DNA of 64,000 bases from Antechinus flavipes (GCF_016432865.1 NC_067403.1:35278001-35342000), one strand, 5' to 3'. Numbered from the stretch's first letter, positions 39,230 to 53,695 are shown. Numbers and translations are program-made. Notes: generated by a model not told the origin, from the sequence alone.

Positions 39230-40265
39230 AGAAGCATGCAAGTAGATCTAAGGTAGAATGGAAGGGAAGTATTAGCTATCTCTCTCAGGAGACACACACA
39301 TATACACATATATAGTTACATATACATATGTGTATATATGTGTATGTGTTTGTATGTGTATATAAGTGTGAATACCAAGAAGGATTAAGCACCTTCCAAA
39401 GTCTACAAAGAAAAAAGGGATGAGAAAATAGGATAAAATGGGGAATAGAAGAGTATGCAGTTGGACAAAAGTACATAGATTAATGGGGATGGGATAAAGG
39501 GTAGGGGGAAAAACTAAGTGAAGGGTCCATGATGGGGGTGGGGGGGTTAAATGATAGCAAGGCAAGTTAACAGGTAGAAGTAAAGTAGAAGAGTTAGCAG
39601 GGATAGGAACAAAGAGATATACACACACAATAACAATGATCAGGAGTAGAATTTATTGGAAAAAGTTGGGGTAGTAATCAATGATCATAGATAAAATCAA
39701 ACTTGAAAGAGATTCAATCAAGAGAGAAATCTATATCATATGTCAGCTCTATCAACAGTATTTTAGATGTGCATATATTTATGTGTATATATGTGTGTAG
39801 GTGTATATTTGTATGTACAGTATGTATATACACATATGTACATCTCAATCAATGAAAGGATATTAACCATCTCTAAGAACCAGAATCAGTTCATTTAATG
39901 TGTTTACATATGTAAACAATTGATGAAAGGGATGTATGTGTGTGTATATATATAGTGGATGTATAAATATATTAATATAAAGCTGCTTAACTCTAATCTG
40001 CTTGGATGGGGAAAGGGGAAGAAGAACTAAGTAATAAATGCACAGTGGGAAACAAAATAACATCTACAAAAAAGCAAAGATGGATAGTTATGAATATAAT
40101 GTCCTCTACTATTTGTGCTTTCTTGAAATGGAAATTTATTGTCATATATTTTGAATCTTCCCTGAGATTCTGTTGGGTCCATAAAAATGTTTTGTGTATT
40201 TTTTTCCTTTCTTTCTTTTTCTTATTTTGCATTCAAGTTTTAAATAAATAAATATATTTTTTAAA
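39230..40265 (+). mobile_element. L1/HAL1-like long 3' region with (TA/CA)n tracts, inserted into an antisense L2
   Basis: Ends ...cattcaagttttaaataaataa + A-rich; L2 antisense sequence stops near 39180 and resumes near 40330. Family uncertain. Confidence 0.45.
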
Positions 40266-41194
40266 AACTGATGCAAAAAAAGAAAAAAAAAAGAAAAGAA
40301 AAAGACTTGTAGAATTTGGCATTTGAGGTGAATCTAGAAGTAAGCCATGGACTATAAAAAGGAAACATAAGGGGAAAGAGTCTTCTGGGCATGGAAGATA
40401 ATCAATATAAAAATAAAGAGATGGGTGAAAGTTCATTGTAAGAGAGATGGTAAGGAGGCCTGAATGCCTGGGCCATAGAATATAAGAAATAAAGTAATAT
40501 GGAAAATGAGTGGGAAGATAGAAAGAGCCAATCAAAAATATTTTTTTGACCCCAGAGGTAAAAAGAAAACCACTGGATTTTACCAAGTCAGAGAAGGTGA
40601 CGTGGTCAGAACTATAGGGAAATGACTTTGTTGGCTGTGTGAACAAAACTCTTTGTTTTAATTTCTTTAAATCCTTTGTCTTAAATCCTTATTTTCTGGC
40701 TATCACATAATCCTTTGGTACAGTCCTCATCTGCCAGCTTGTTATAGTGTTAGAGGATGCCAGTGGAATGAAACTTCTCCAAGAACATATAAAACCATAA
40801 AGAACTTGAATGTGAACATGTCAATGGACTAGACTTCTACCATCCAAGGCCCAGGCTAGTGAAGTTCAGAGACTGTTCAGAAGTTCAGGTGAGGATGATG
40901 TATACGAGGTGATGATTTATTTCAGTCACGACTCTTGGAAAAAAACCTCCTAGAAAACAAATAGGTTGCAATATGGTACAGCAGAGAGTGTTACTCATGC
41001 CACTGAAATCACACATCCTGGATTTATGAAGGATTGGAAACGTATGGGAGAAGAAGTAATGTGGTGTTAGTTCAAGGGACTTTCAGCAAACATTGACAAA
41101 CTAATTAATACAAAAGTAGTTGTCAAAAAACCAATATATTTTTAAATAAATAATAAGCAAAGCTTCCAACAGATCCTATTAGAAACACACACAT

Positions 41195-41197
<3 letters not shown>

Positions 41198-41228
<31 letters not shown>
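41198..41228. repeat. (CA)n microsatellite
   Basis: Directly visible. Confidence 0.95.
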
Positions 41229-41230
<2 letters not shown>

Positions 41231-42440
41231 TATGGATATATAAACATATACACATATACAAATATATATGCTTCTATAAGTATATGTATATATTTATGTG
41301 TGTATATTTATACATATACATATGCATAGATGATAAAGATATAACAAATTGATTGATAATCTTAACCAAATCATATTCTGGATAAATAATGGCATTGTGA
41401 TTAGCATATTCTATCTCACAGTTTCTAGAATGTAAAACTGAACTGGGTCTTAAATCATCTAGTGCATTTTTACAGATGAGAAAAACATGGCCTAGAGAAG
41501 CTCAAAAGTGTTGGAACAAGGAACAGAATTTGATTAATAGGAATAATATTTAATAATTAGTGCAATTAGACAGCATTTATTAGTTTAAAAAGTACTCTCT
41601 TGCAATAACCCTCTGAGATGCATAATGCAAGGATTACATAAAATGATGTCATATTTGTGACACTGAGCACAATGCCTGACACATAGTAGATACTATATAA
41701 ATACTTAATCCCTTGCCTCCCCATTTTACAGATGAGTAAACTAAGACTTAGAACCCTTAACTGATTCTGCCAATGTTGTATGCTTAGTAAATATCTAAAA
41801 CATTTTGGAAATAAAGTAAAAATGAGCTTATATTAGGTCCCACTCATGTTATGCTCTCTAAAGTTGGCATTTTCCTCACAGTCCTGTGAGATAGGCAATA
41901 TGTAATAGAATTTTCCTCCTTTTACAGAACAGCAAATGAGTCTCAGAGAGATAAATTGTCCCCACTCTAACAAAAGCGTACGTGACATCTCAAGTCACAT
42001 TCTAATACCAAGAGTTGACAGTCATGTAGTCCTTTTCAGTTTACAAAGTACTTTACATAAAATGTTTTCTTGAATCCTCACGACAACTCTATGAGAAAGG
42101 TACTCATATTTTTTCTATTTTGTTTGCTCAAACTGAGCAAGGTTGTGACTCCCCAGTGACATAACTAGGGTCAAAGTCAATAGATCCGGGTTTTGAACCT
42201 GCCTGGCTAATATGATTCCCTCTTTTGTTTAGAATTTTCCCCCATGTCAGTGCTATCTCACAGAAAAAAAAAGTTTTCCCTATAACTCCTGCCAACTTTT
42301 TTTTTTTTCTGTCAAGGAATTGTAACTTATGGCAAAAGAGACTTCTCAAAATTGAATATGCTTACTGCTTATCAGAAGACACATTTAAATTAAAGGAAAA
42401 GCCATCTGTGATCATTTTCTGGGATGGAGAGAAGGAAGGA

Positions 42441-42809
42441 NNNNNNNNNNNNNNNNNNNNNNNNNNNNNNNNNNNNNNNNNNNNNNNNNNNNNNNNNNNN
42501 NNNNNNNNNNNNNNNNNNNNNNNNNNNNNNNNNNNNNNNNNNNNNNNNNNNNNNNNNNNNNNNNNNNNNNNNNNNNNNNNNNNNNNNNNNNNNNNNNNNN
42601 NNNNNNNNNNNNNNNNNNNNNNNNNNNNNNNNNNNNNNNNNNNNNNNNNNNNNNNNNNNNNNNNNNNNNNNNNNNNNNNNNNNNNNNNNNNNNNNNNNNN
42701 NNNNNNNNNNNNNNNNNNNNNNNNNNNNNNNNNNNNNNNNNNNNNNNNNNNNNNNNNNNNNNNNNNNNNNNNNNNNNNNNNNNNNNNNNNNNNNNNNNNN
42801 NNNNNNNNN
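42441..42809. other. Assembly gap (369 N)
   Basis: Run of N after a GGAA-type purine tract. Confidence 1.
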
Positions 42810-42866
42810 AGCACAGGGGGCTCTCGTTTTTATTCTTGTTAATTTATCTTCTTCCTTCCTTCCACC

Positions 42867-43058
42867 ATAGTGTATAAATGTCAAACATAGAGTCATGAAG
42901 ACTCATCTTCCTAACTATGTGACCCTGTACAACTCTGTTTGCTTCAGTTTTCTCAACTGTAAAATGAACTGCAGAAGGAAATGGCAAACCACTCTCATTC
43001 TTTGATAAGAAAACCCCAAACAGGGTCATGAAGAGTTGGACACAACTGAACAACAATA
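42867..43058 (+). mobile_element. Mar1-type marsupial CORE-SINE
   Basis: tgtaaaatgaactgcagaaggaaatggcaaaccactc...aagaaaaccccaaacagggtcatgaagagttggacacaactgaacaac. Confidence 0.85.
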
Positions 43059-46000
43059 GAACAATTTCTCCTCTTTTTCCATAGCTTTATACATCTTCCT
43101 CTTCCCTTCATTCCATACTGCTGCCTTTGCCCAACTGAGTAGGGAGATAGTAATGATCTACATGTAGTTAGGAGGCAACTAACTTAACCTTCTTTCATTT
43201 AGATAAAAGGTGTTAAAGTTCCTCATCTGTAACTTAAAAGGAAAAGAAACCCTCATACCATTTTCTCAGATACTTTTATGTAACATCAAGACCAAGGTAC
43301 ATTTTAGGGAATTTAATTTATTGCTGTTCTCCAATCCTAAAAATATGGGAACATAGTTTTTGGGGGAGAACTTAGATGACTCTAACCAGCAAATTTTGAA
43401 GAACCTGCCTTGCAAGACCACATAGTCAAAAGAATAAACGTTGTTTATAGGTAAAATGCAACAACAATAATCAGAGAAAGGAGTCCTTCCCCAGAGATAT
43501 GTTGAGTCTTAAATGATTATATTTTTAAACTATGTAGGACTCCCAGAAATGAAATCTATTGGAATGTAGTGGCCTCCTACCACAGTTTCCTAAATGGAAT
43601 TCAACCCCATCCGTTCTTTCCTACTCAGTTTGGTTCCACACATTGTCTAGTGCTTACCAAGATGATATGTCTATCAAATGTTTGTCATCATCTGACCAAG
43701 GGATTTCCCTCATTCAATTGCCTTTTCAGTGTATAACTTTTTATGTAGATCTCATTGAGAAGATCCTATTATATCCTGCACATTGATGTCATCAGCACAA
43801 TTACCTACAAACGGGAACATTTGGAAAACCTCACTGTCTATCAGAATCAATAAATGGGAATGAGAATCTAAAATATTAATGATGATTTTCCATAGGTGAT
43901 AACAGGCAAAAAACTAAATGGAAATCACTTGGGACAAAGAAGAAACTCATTAGCACTCACCCAATTAACTTCAGAAACCTTTTAACTAGTTTCTTTCCAT
44001 TCAAAAATTTTTCATGCTAATACCATTGATGGATTTATTTCTCTAAATTATACTTGGATTATGTCATAGCCCTATTCAAAAACCTAATACAAGAAACCTA
44101 AAGTTTTTGGTTTTTCTGAAACTTTTAAACAAAGACCCTCATAATTTGGAGCTGTTATGTATTAGAGTAACCAAAAGTCTATATTTAAATAGAATTTTAA
44201 TGTTGGTGTACTTCACAAACATTATTTCATTTAATCCGTCTAACAATATTATGAGAAAGGTAATGAAAGTATTATTGGCTCCCTATTTGCAGATTTTAAT
44301 CAGAGGATCCAAATCATTTGCCCAAGATCATATCATAAGTATCAGACCAGATCCTAGAATCCATATTATCTGACACCAAATGCAGTATTTGTTTCATTAC
44401 ACTGCGCTTCAGATATTTATATCTTCAAGGATTGAAATTCTCCATCTTTGGAGGACAGATCTAATTTGTTGAAGCAGCCAAAATCCATTTCAAGCCAAGT
44501 CTGACAAATAATGTGGATGACATGGCTTTTGATCAAAAATGACATGGCACCATAAAGTAATGAGGCAAATTTCATCTGGCTTGCACACTGTTTCCAAATG
44601 CAGTTCTAAATACAGAGTTCCAAAGATATTTGGAGTGATGGCAATATTGTTGGACACAGGTGACTGACTGTTCAAAGAGAACAGTGTAGGTTTGAATGGT
44701 GGCTTATTAGTGAAATTTTTGTTTCATTATTTTAAAATCACGCTTCTGATGTATGAGTTATTGCTTTGAAGATTAAACTAACACTGTTCCATGTGAGTTG
44801 TAGAATGACAGATCATTTTTGATGCTATCTGTTCCCTCAAGAATGTTGATGTTCCAAGGTTTGTTGAAACTTGACAATGCAGGGAAATGTCATTCTGTTC
44901 TGTGCTCTGGGTTTTTTGAGTCTTTGGATTACTAGAACCAAGGGAGAATAAGGCCATTATCTTGGTTCAGGAAACACTATTCTTGCTCATTATTTTCAAG
45001 TATTATGTACCTTAGTCTTTTGTGCTACTTGATAATCCTGTACTAAAGGAACTGTATGTGCTAAAAATAATTTTTAAAAGAGTAATTTTATTCACCTTGA
45101 ATTAAAAGGGCAACAAGCAATGCCCCCATTTTTAGAAAAAAAAAAGATAAAGGGGTTTCGAATATCAACTTCTTTTCTTTTATCTGAAAATGCATATGGC
45201 ATAGATCAGATGCCAACTGATTTGGCTTTTGCTAAGAAGCTTAAGAAAATGAGGTACTGTGACTGAATTCTGCATTCGAGGAGGAAGGAATCAGAGTATA
45301 ATAGTTGATAGCTTTGTTCTTCTTTCTACTTTCATGTTATTCAGGCTTTATTGAAATCTTTGTTATCAGGAAATGGCAATAGGTTAAAATTTTACAACTT
45401 AGTGACTGAATATGATGAGCTACCATGCTCCAAATTTATCCATTTTCTAAAAGGAAATAAAAAGGACAAGTATTTTAGGTTGTTTTATAAGTGCAAAACA
45501 AGGCCAAAAATAAGCTTTCGCTTATTAGAGAAGAGAAAGCATGGGACAGCTTGGATCCAGGGGTTGGATCTTGTGATGTTTCTTTCCTATATGATCCTGG
45601 GCAAGTAGTTTAATTTATCTGGGCCTCAGTTTCCACATTTGCAAAATTAAGATGTTGAATTAGAAAGTCCCTGGTATCCTTTCCATCTCTAAAGTTTATG
45701 ACTCATTTAATTCCTTTTTTACTCACTCAGATACATGCACTGTCAGACAAATGTGCACTGAGTACTCAAAAATGGGCAAATCCATCAGCTCTGGCCCTAC
45801 TATTATTAGTATTAGTTGGAGTACTAGCAAGTACAACTTACATGTAGCCATATTGGTTCCAGAGAGAGTGGACATCTTTAGTAAATACAGAAAAAAAGAA
45901 TTTTTAAAAAGCTACACAAAAATATTTCCTTTGGATACTTTTTTACTTTGCTCTTCCTTTTTCTGTTTTAGATCAACATGGTACTTGACATTATGATCAA

Positions 46001-46244
46001 TCTTAGTCTCCCAATTATCAAGTGTTTTCCGTTAGTAACTTTTGAAACAATTTTGTATGTAAATTCCTGCATTCCAATTCAAAATGGAAAATTGAACATT
46101 CCCTTTGACTTTGTCATTTTCTTTCTTCCTAAAGATTTTAGGAGTTATATTGATTTGTTCCATCTTTACAAGAGTGAATATTGCAGTGATAAAGCTTATG
46201 GCCCTGAATATGCTCAGAAATATTATCTACATATTAATCACTTG

Positions 46245-46450
46245 ATCAAGAATTCTTAACTCAAAATCTGTGGATAGATTTCAAGAGTACCAAAAATATA
46301 AATGGGTCAATGGACATATTTTCACTATATTCAGTGAAATTTAGCATTTCCTTCAATTATGAATATAGACAACAGACAATTATTATGAGAAGGAGTTCAT
46401 AGTCTTTTCCATAGTGGAAAAAGCCGTACGTGACACAAAACAATAAAAGG
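46245..46450. mobile_element. hAT-Charlie type MITE (MER103-like)
   Basis: aagaattcttaac...gtggatagatttca...tgaaatttagcatttccttcaattatgaat...gtgacacaaaa; name from memory. Confidence 0.6.
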
Positions 46451-47714
46451 TTCTCTTTTTTAGACAGTTATTCCTGTTTGGCTAAGTCTAGGCCACCCTA
46501 GCTAGATGACATGAGGAGTTTAAAATGACCTCAAATCCCTGGATCATTTAAATACCCTGGCTGCCTTTAGTTGTTTTATTATTTGCCTACTAAGAGGTCC
46601 TATTAAGATTGCGGAGATTTTTTGTCATGCTCTTTATATAAAACCATAAATCTCTTTAAGATTATTGAACAGAAGGAAAAGAAAGCCTTTACCTTTGTGA
46701 GAAACCCAGAAGTAAAGCCTCTTTTCCCACTGATCTAACTCCATCCATCACCTAGCAACAGAGAAGAGATGGTTTTGGTAACTAAATCTCTCATCTCTTA
46801 CTAGATTCATACCGTGAATATAAAGATGTAAAAATTAAGCCTGTCATTCTCATATCTATTGCCCTCCACTCCTTGGGATTAAAAAGCAAGTGTTTTTAAG
46901 GACTTTGAACATTAAAAATGTGGGTCCTTCAAAATTGGATCAAACCCCATCACTTCTATTAGAATATGTTGCAGAAGTTGCATTATATATAATTATATTT
47001 GAATTATATATATGTACATTTATCAAAATTCCAGTTCATATCAAAGCCATTTTTTCCTGAAAATATATTAGAAATACATCAGAACACACTAAAAAATCCA
47101 AACACCATTTTGCAATCTTCAATATCCTTCAGTTAAAGGAAAAGGTAGATACATTCCAACTAAATTTTCTGTCAAATGATCTTTTATTGAGAGTTTATTT
47201 TTATTGACTTGTTCTATAAAACTAAAAATGGGTTCTCCTGGAGGATTTGGCCTTTGGATTTTAACAAGACATTAAGAATAGAACAAGTTTTTTATAATGT
47301 TATATTTAAAGTATTTTCTGATAAAAAAATAAGCAAAATTTTAACAAAAACATTGTGTCATACTCAAGTCATAAAATAGAAATGTTGGGAATGAGATCAT
47401 AGTATAATAAATCTGTAATATGCACATAGAAAATCTGATCATACAGTCATTTCCTTGTATTAGTCATGATCCCTACAGATTAAGCAAGTTGGCTGTGCTT
47501 TTGCATCAGACGCCAATTTCTTTAACTTTGATATTAAAATTATTTATTTACTTCTAGAGGTATACTTGTAGTCATTTAAACACTCACTTTCTAGACATTT
47601 TAATCCAATAACACATGTATGAATTTGGATGGGAGAAGACATAAGGATATCAAAAAAATTTTTAATACTTTCTTAACAAGAGACTCAAGCCAATATTTTC
47701 TGAGACAGGTTGTT

Positions 47715-48000
47715 TTTTATTTGTCCTTAGTTCTTAAAGAGGACCCTAACATCAAGGAATGATGCTATGACATTCAAGTGAATTGGATGGAAATGAAAGA
47801 AGTTCCATGCAAGGTCTCTTGCCTCACTTTCCCCTCCAGAACCATCTGGATCCAGTGGTCAGATATCAAATACCATAATTGGAGATGGCCCTGGAGGCTG
47901 TGAGAGACATTGGGTTTTTAAAGTCAAGGTCTTTTACAGATCTCATGTTGATTGAGTGCCCATCCAGTGATTAAGTAAGAAATAGGGCAGAGAATAATCT
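47715..48000. mobile_element. Marsupial interspersed repeat (MdoRep1-like)
   Basis: tttgtccttagttcttaaagaggacc...gacattcaagtgaattggat...ccatctggatccagtggtcagatat...ttggagatggccctgga; family name from memory. Confidence 0.55.
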
Positions 48001-49747
48001 CTTTTACCCAATAAATAAATAAATATATATATATATTATATGCACATATATGTATATCTGTCTGGGAGGGAAGCCAGGCCCAAAAGGCTAATCTTGGTTT
48101 GACAATGTTTAGTAAAATAATTGATTACCTCTGTTGACTTTTCTTTTCCTAATTTAATAGTTTATTCAACTGAAGACTTTTGTATTCACCGGAGGTTGTT
48201 GGTGCAACTCAATGTACATTGGATTTTGTATTAAATAATGATCATTAATGGATATAAGCTCTTTGTAGGACATCATCAGTCAGCAACACAAGCAATAGGA
48301 GTGAATGGACACTTCTCAGCAACAGCAGTAATAAGATTTACCACACTCCTGCATTTACAAATTTATTTTCTTTTTGTTTTTCCTCCAAGGGAATTTGTGA
48401 CAATTCACTCATGTCTCCTGTTTAAAATTTTGTTTCCTGAATTTTTCCTAAAGGTGAAATATAGAGCTGGGAAGATAGAAATTGAACCCATGATTTTATT
48501 GATATAAGAGACTCCCAAAGAAAGAGATTTCCTCTATAAATGTAAGTCAAGATCTCTGCAATTTACTCTTAGGAAGGATGTAGAATACAAAATGGATTAA
48601 AGGGAATTATCCAGGGTCATCCAGACAGTCTATTCAGAGTCAGGATTTAAAGTTCTCTTTACTCTAGGTTAGTTCCCAACTCACTCCACCATATTTGCTT
48701 CTCAAGTGAAATCCTTTTTAATGCATTTATTGGTGAAATATATCAACACTGGATGTTACATTTCTAAAGTAGAGCACTTTGAAAATTTCAAGTAATCATA
48801 GTCCTAACACATCCGCAGTTTAAAGAACAAAAGTAAAATTCGGTTCATGTTTTGAAAGCCATCACATAAATATCCAAACTTAAAAGCAACTAACACATCA
48901 TCTATTATGGTATATTTTATTTCATTATGACTCAGGTAAAAATTGACACAGTGCTGTCTAGTTGCTCAGAAACCTTATGTTTTCTCCTGTCAAAAGATTC
49001 ACCTGCTTAAAGTTTGGCCAACTTCCAGTTACGCTTGTGACATCTACCCCTTAGGCTCCCAAGTCAGCACTCCTACGATGAAACTGAGTATTTACACGAT
49101 GTAGCTGTTCTGGGTTTCCTGACAATGATGTACATAATTAGGGAGTCCCCAGGTGCTTGAGAGCTCATGAATTTTGACGGACTCAGCAGGAAAGAGAAAG
49201 ATGGTAGTACCCAGCCCAGGAAATACTTCTGCAAAATAAAAATCCCAAAACAAAAAACCCTTAAGTAAAAAAACCCCATTAAGGCACTAAAAACATTCAC
49301 CTTATCTTCATATGCTGCTTCAATCTGCAGGATTCAAATAATTCTTCTTAAAATTTCTTGTAAATGAATTCTTAATATTTTTTGTAAATTAAGATACTGT
49401 TGAGCTAGCTAACCTGGGAGATAAAGCAATTTTACCTCAAAATTAGGAAGATAGATAAAGGTAGAAATAGTCTGAATTAAACACATTGAAATATCCAAAA
49501 AAGAATTCATGATAGAAAATACTCATATATCTAGATTCCCTATTTATTAATTTTGCATCCTCTGCAAAAGTCCTGCTCTAATCTTTCATTGGGATGTGAT
49601 ACGAACCCTAGCCAATTAACCAACTTGGTTTTATGAAGCTCCCACTCTGTGGCAGACACTATGCTAAGTCCCAGACTCTGAGTGCTAGAAGCCATGCCAG
49701 TGAATTACAAATCCTATCAGGATTTATCCAATTGGAATGATTTCAAG

Positions 49748-49986
49748 CAGTGGTGTGCTAGTAAATGTTTAACAGCCATGGTGGGAAACAAGTACCTATT
49801 ACATACTTTTAAATTTAATCTTCATTATTAAAATTTTTCTCTCACTTTCTTAACTAGACAATCAACAAAACAATTTTTAAAAGCCCTGATTTATAGCATT
49901 TGATGATTTCTGAGGTGCAAATTTTCACCCTGACACTAGAATAATTATCTCTTCAGCCAATTTAAGCTGGCTCCAGTGCATCCCTG
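49748..49986. mobile_element. MER63-like hAT-Blackjack MITE
   Basis: Termini cagtggtgtgctagtaaatgtttaac ... agctggctccagtgcatccctg are imperfect terminal inverted repeats; internal cactttcttaactagacaatcaacaaaacaa matches MER63 as recalled. Confidence 0.75.
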
Positions 49987-50233
49987 ATTTATCCAGTCTT
50001 GATAATAGACTGGGTCTGTGGTCAAGAATCAAAATAGACAAATTTAAGAGAGGTTCAACATCAAAATTAAGCACTAGGTAATAGTGTGTTTGGAGGTAGG
50101 AGGGTTAACCATAATGATATGAAAAAATCAGAGATACAAAATAATCCTTAGTTATGCACGATGGTGTAATAGTGATAAAGGTGGGAGAGGGAGGAAAGAA
50201 GGACAAAGTATTGAAAATTAATTTCTATGATTA

Positions 50234-50690
50234 TGTAATACCTACCTTGCACCACCCCATGTGTCCCGCCAAAGCCGGATAGGTTGGATTTCATAATTCT
50301 ATTCCCAGGGTTCTGGTACCCTAAAGGAAGAACTGAAAGGAAGGGGGATGGGGGAGAGGTCTAGGTTCTCAGCCATTAACTCCAGCTCCTAATGATTTTT
50401 ACATGGATATTTCCTTCCTACTATTCCTACATGGATAATCTCTCCTCCATCCTTGTGGTCTGAAAAAATGTTTCCCAGAAAGCAGGAATTACTCTCATTT
50501 CATCTTCAAAATATCCTTAATCTTGACTGCAGATTCAGATAAAGTAATACAAGTCTTGGCTTCTTTTCTCCCTCTGATACTTAAGGGTTATGTCACCCTT
50601 TGAGGGAGCAGGTCCCACTTTTCTAGGGACCAATAAAGCAGCCAGATTTCTCCTTAATTATCTATTGGAATTTTTTCTTTAGTCAACCCT
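50234..50690 (+). mobile_element. Possible solo LTR
   Basis: Starts TGTAA, GC-richer body, AATAAA near 50632, ends ...tttagtcaaccct; possible 4-bp TSD atta, but no terminal CA. Confidence 0.35.
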
Positions 50691-50749
50691 ATTAGGCTTA
50701 TGCAAATCACCTTCACCGTGCTATCTGGTGTGCCTAAGGTGGTGGTGAT

Positions 50750-50990
50750 TATTGTTATATGTTCAGTCTTTTAGTCCAATATGATTCTCCATGATGCCAT
50801 TTGGGGCTTCTTGGCAAAGATACTGGAGCAGTTTGCCATGTTCTTCTCCAGTACATTTTCATAGATGAGAAAACTGAGGCAGGGATCCTCCAGGATCACC
50901 CAGCTAGTAAATGTCTGAAGCTAGATTTGAACTCGGGAAGATGAGTTCTTCTGACTCCAAGTCTGACACTCAAGCCTCTGTGCCACTTAA
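50750..50990 (-). mobile_element. Mar1-type marsupial CORE-SINE, antisense
   Basis: ttggggcttcttggcaaagatactggagcagtttgccatgttcttctccag...gatgagaaaactgaggc...tttgaactcgggaagatgagttcttctgactcc. Confidence 0.85.
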
Positions 50991-51399
50991 TGGGTCTAAA
51001 ATAGAAAAGGTAACTGGCAGAAGTTAATCTGAAAGCTCATTCTCCTAGTGATCAAGTAGACATTCCTTCAGAATTTCCTTTGTGGGGAAGTAGGATAGAA
51101 AAGATCCCACAACTGACTGCCTCCAAATTTCAAGACATCTTTTACTTGTAATATTTTTGTATATATTATTAAGTTCAGTTATTCAATTCAGTAAATGTTT
51201 ATTACGCACTTACTATATACTAGGTACTATGCTAAGTCACAACCATCAATTCAGACTCTACTTTGGGGCACTCATAACAAGGCACTCATAAGTTACTAAA
51301 CATTTAACCCAAGGAGTTTTATTTTGACCTAACACAGGAAGGATGAGGAATAAAAATACAGTTTGCAACAAGAATACTCCAGCAACTTCCTCTACCACA

Positions 51400-53200
51400 C
51401 TAAAATTTGTACCCCTCCTGAATACATTGTATCCCCTGCCCCTCTTCTCATCCTTTTTATCTGTGTGAGATGGGGAGAGATGTCAGTCTTTTCATTTCCT
51501 AGTATCACTTGAAACTTGCCAGATTACCATTCTGTCTCTACTTCTTCTCATTGGATGTCCATACTAGCCATCTATACCAACCAGTTGAAATCATAAATGG
51601 AATTGTCTTTTGCCCCTATGGTCCAAATCACATCTTTCTGGGTGACTTTTAGAAAGCCTCTCATTTCGCCTCATGTTCTATCATCATTTTCCGATGACCT
51701 CAGCATCCATATCCATGGTTCACTGGACTGTTCAAAGCCAGAGAACCTATTTAATTCAAATTTCTAGTCCAATGCACATCAGCCACAGGTACTAGCACAA
51801 ACCCAGGAAGCCCAGAAATCAGCAAAGCATTATGTTGCCTATCTTTCTAACTACACTCTTAACCTTTTTCATTCTGATGTATACACTAAACCAACTCTGC
51901 ACGACACTGAGACTCTGCCAGAAATGAGTTTGTTCAGGGTAACAAATATTTATTTAATAGTTTTCTATTTTAATGAATTATTCTTGGAGCAAGGTATGTT
52001 AAGCTCAGTTTTTTTCTATCCTGCTAGATGAGCACAATTGATATTTGTATCCTTTATTGGTAAAATGGTGAATGGTGAAATTAGCACTGTTTTCATGTCC
52101 TGTGGCAAAGTCTAGTTGCCCTACCCAGGTGCATCTTTGACCCTATTATTCAGCTTTAAAAAAAATCTTTAATGCTTTCCTCATAAAGATTATTTTCTTA
52201 AAGGTTATTTTTCTAGTCTCTGAAAGTCCCCTATATTCCTCCCTTATCCCGTGTTCAGAAAACTCTCCTACTTTATTAGGGAAAATGTCGTCAGGACAAG
52301 CTTTCTAATTTTCTCTTTATTTTACTTTATCACCTCTATTTGCCCTCTTCCCTACATTAGAGAAAGAGAATCACTTCTTCATTTCTGAGCCTAAGCAGTG
52401 CCTAGAATTTCATCTCTCCCTTTTTTATCGAGGCCATTGCTCTCTCAATCATCTCTTCCTTCATCTTTTTTCCAATCTTTCTTTTCATTCTATCTAAAAC
52501 ACAGTCTTGGAAAGAAAAATCCCACTTATCAAGAGAAGAATAGGATCATTACTTTAAAAGCAAAACAGAGGAGCATATATTTGATTTTGTAGGCAAGGAA
52601 GCCACTTACATTCATTAGTTAGGAAACTGAATAAATAGGCACCCAATCAGAGCCAATGGAAAATAATAATACTCACACATGAATAGCTTTCTGGTCAAAG
52701 ACTGGGGTCATGTTGGCCATTGAGAAGTGCCTACAGTTTGCTCTTTTATAATGATACTCCCATTCCTCAGTTTCTCTGCCTGCCAACCTTCCCCACCATG
52801 ATTGTTGTCCCTTTAACTGTCTTACTTTATTCCACCTACAGCATTTACCTCCTAAAGGTTGTCTCCACTTTAAGATGGTGCTATATCTGTTCCCTCCTGT
52901 GGTCCTTGTGCCATCTGTGCAGCTCTGCCTGGAACCCACACTTCCTCAGCTCCCAGATGATGGGCACTCCTTTTCCCAGAGTACAGGCTTCTCTTCAGAT
53001 TATCTGGCCCCTCCGTGCTATAGCTCAGAAAACACAGCTCCCAGAGCCTCTATTTCTAGAGACATCTCTACTACTACAACTCCTTATAATACCAGACCTC
53101 ACATAAAAGAGATTGCCCAGCTCTTTCCCCAGTTCCTTGTGGGTTCATGGTGCCTTATGTCTCTTCCTCAGGATGAGGGCAGAATGTTTCTCACCTAGTC
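51400..53200 (+). mobile_element. Fragmented L2 LINE (endonuclease-region remnant to 3' part)
   Basis: Near 51690 reads SDDLSIHIH, like the APE motif GDFNIHVD; pyrimidine-rich L2 sense sequence continues at 52240-53200. Confidence 0.4.
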
Positions 53201-53519
53201 TATAAACTCAAGGAAAACACTTCTTCTTTAATTAACTCTCCACTTTGATTTTTCTGAATGTGTTGTGGGATTATTCTCCTCCTTCGGGGCTGCTTCCCAA
53301 AATATACACTGTTCACTGAGATTCTATCTTATTCAGGAAAAAAGGAAATACTTGTAGTCTCCATTATAAAGAAGTTTCCCCCAAAGTGAAATGGGCTTCC
53401 TTACGAGAGACTAGCAAAGAGTTTCCCTTCTTGAGAGGTCTTCAGGCCAGACAACCAGTTTTCTGAAATATATATTGTAGAGTTTTTATTGGAGAGGGGC
53501 AGGGTTTCAGGGAGATATC

Positions 53520-53695
53520 GAGCCTTGCTCTCCCTATCTCACCCATGCTGGACACCCAGAGGTGCTAGATTTAAGGACCACCCAATGCGTTTAGTCCACT
53601 GCAGTTCATAACTCCTAAGCTCAAACAATCCATCAGATTCAGCCCGCCCCCTCCCCAGTAATAGCAATCACAGACCAAAGCTATTGCATCTGGCC
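53520..53695 (-). mobile_element. Internally deleted 7SL-derived SINE (most of S domain absent)
   Basis: Minus strand aligns to the first ~135 nt of 7SL (ctgtgattgctattactggggag...ggattgtttgagcttaggagttatgaactgcagtgg...aaatctagcacc) then jumps to the 3' end (tccagcatgggtgagatagggaga). Confidence 0.75.

Noticed and set aside
42225-42896. Long ORFs containing X runs (also at 6638-7064 and 56053-56455)
   Set aside because: Artefacts of reading through N gaps.
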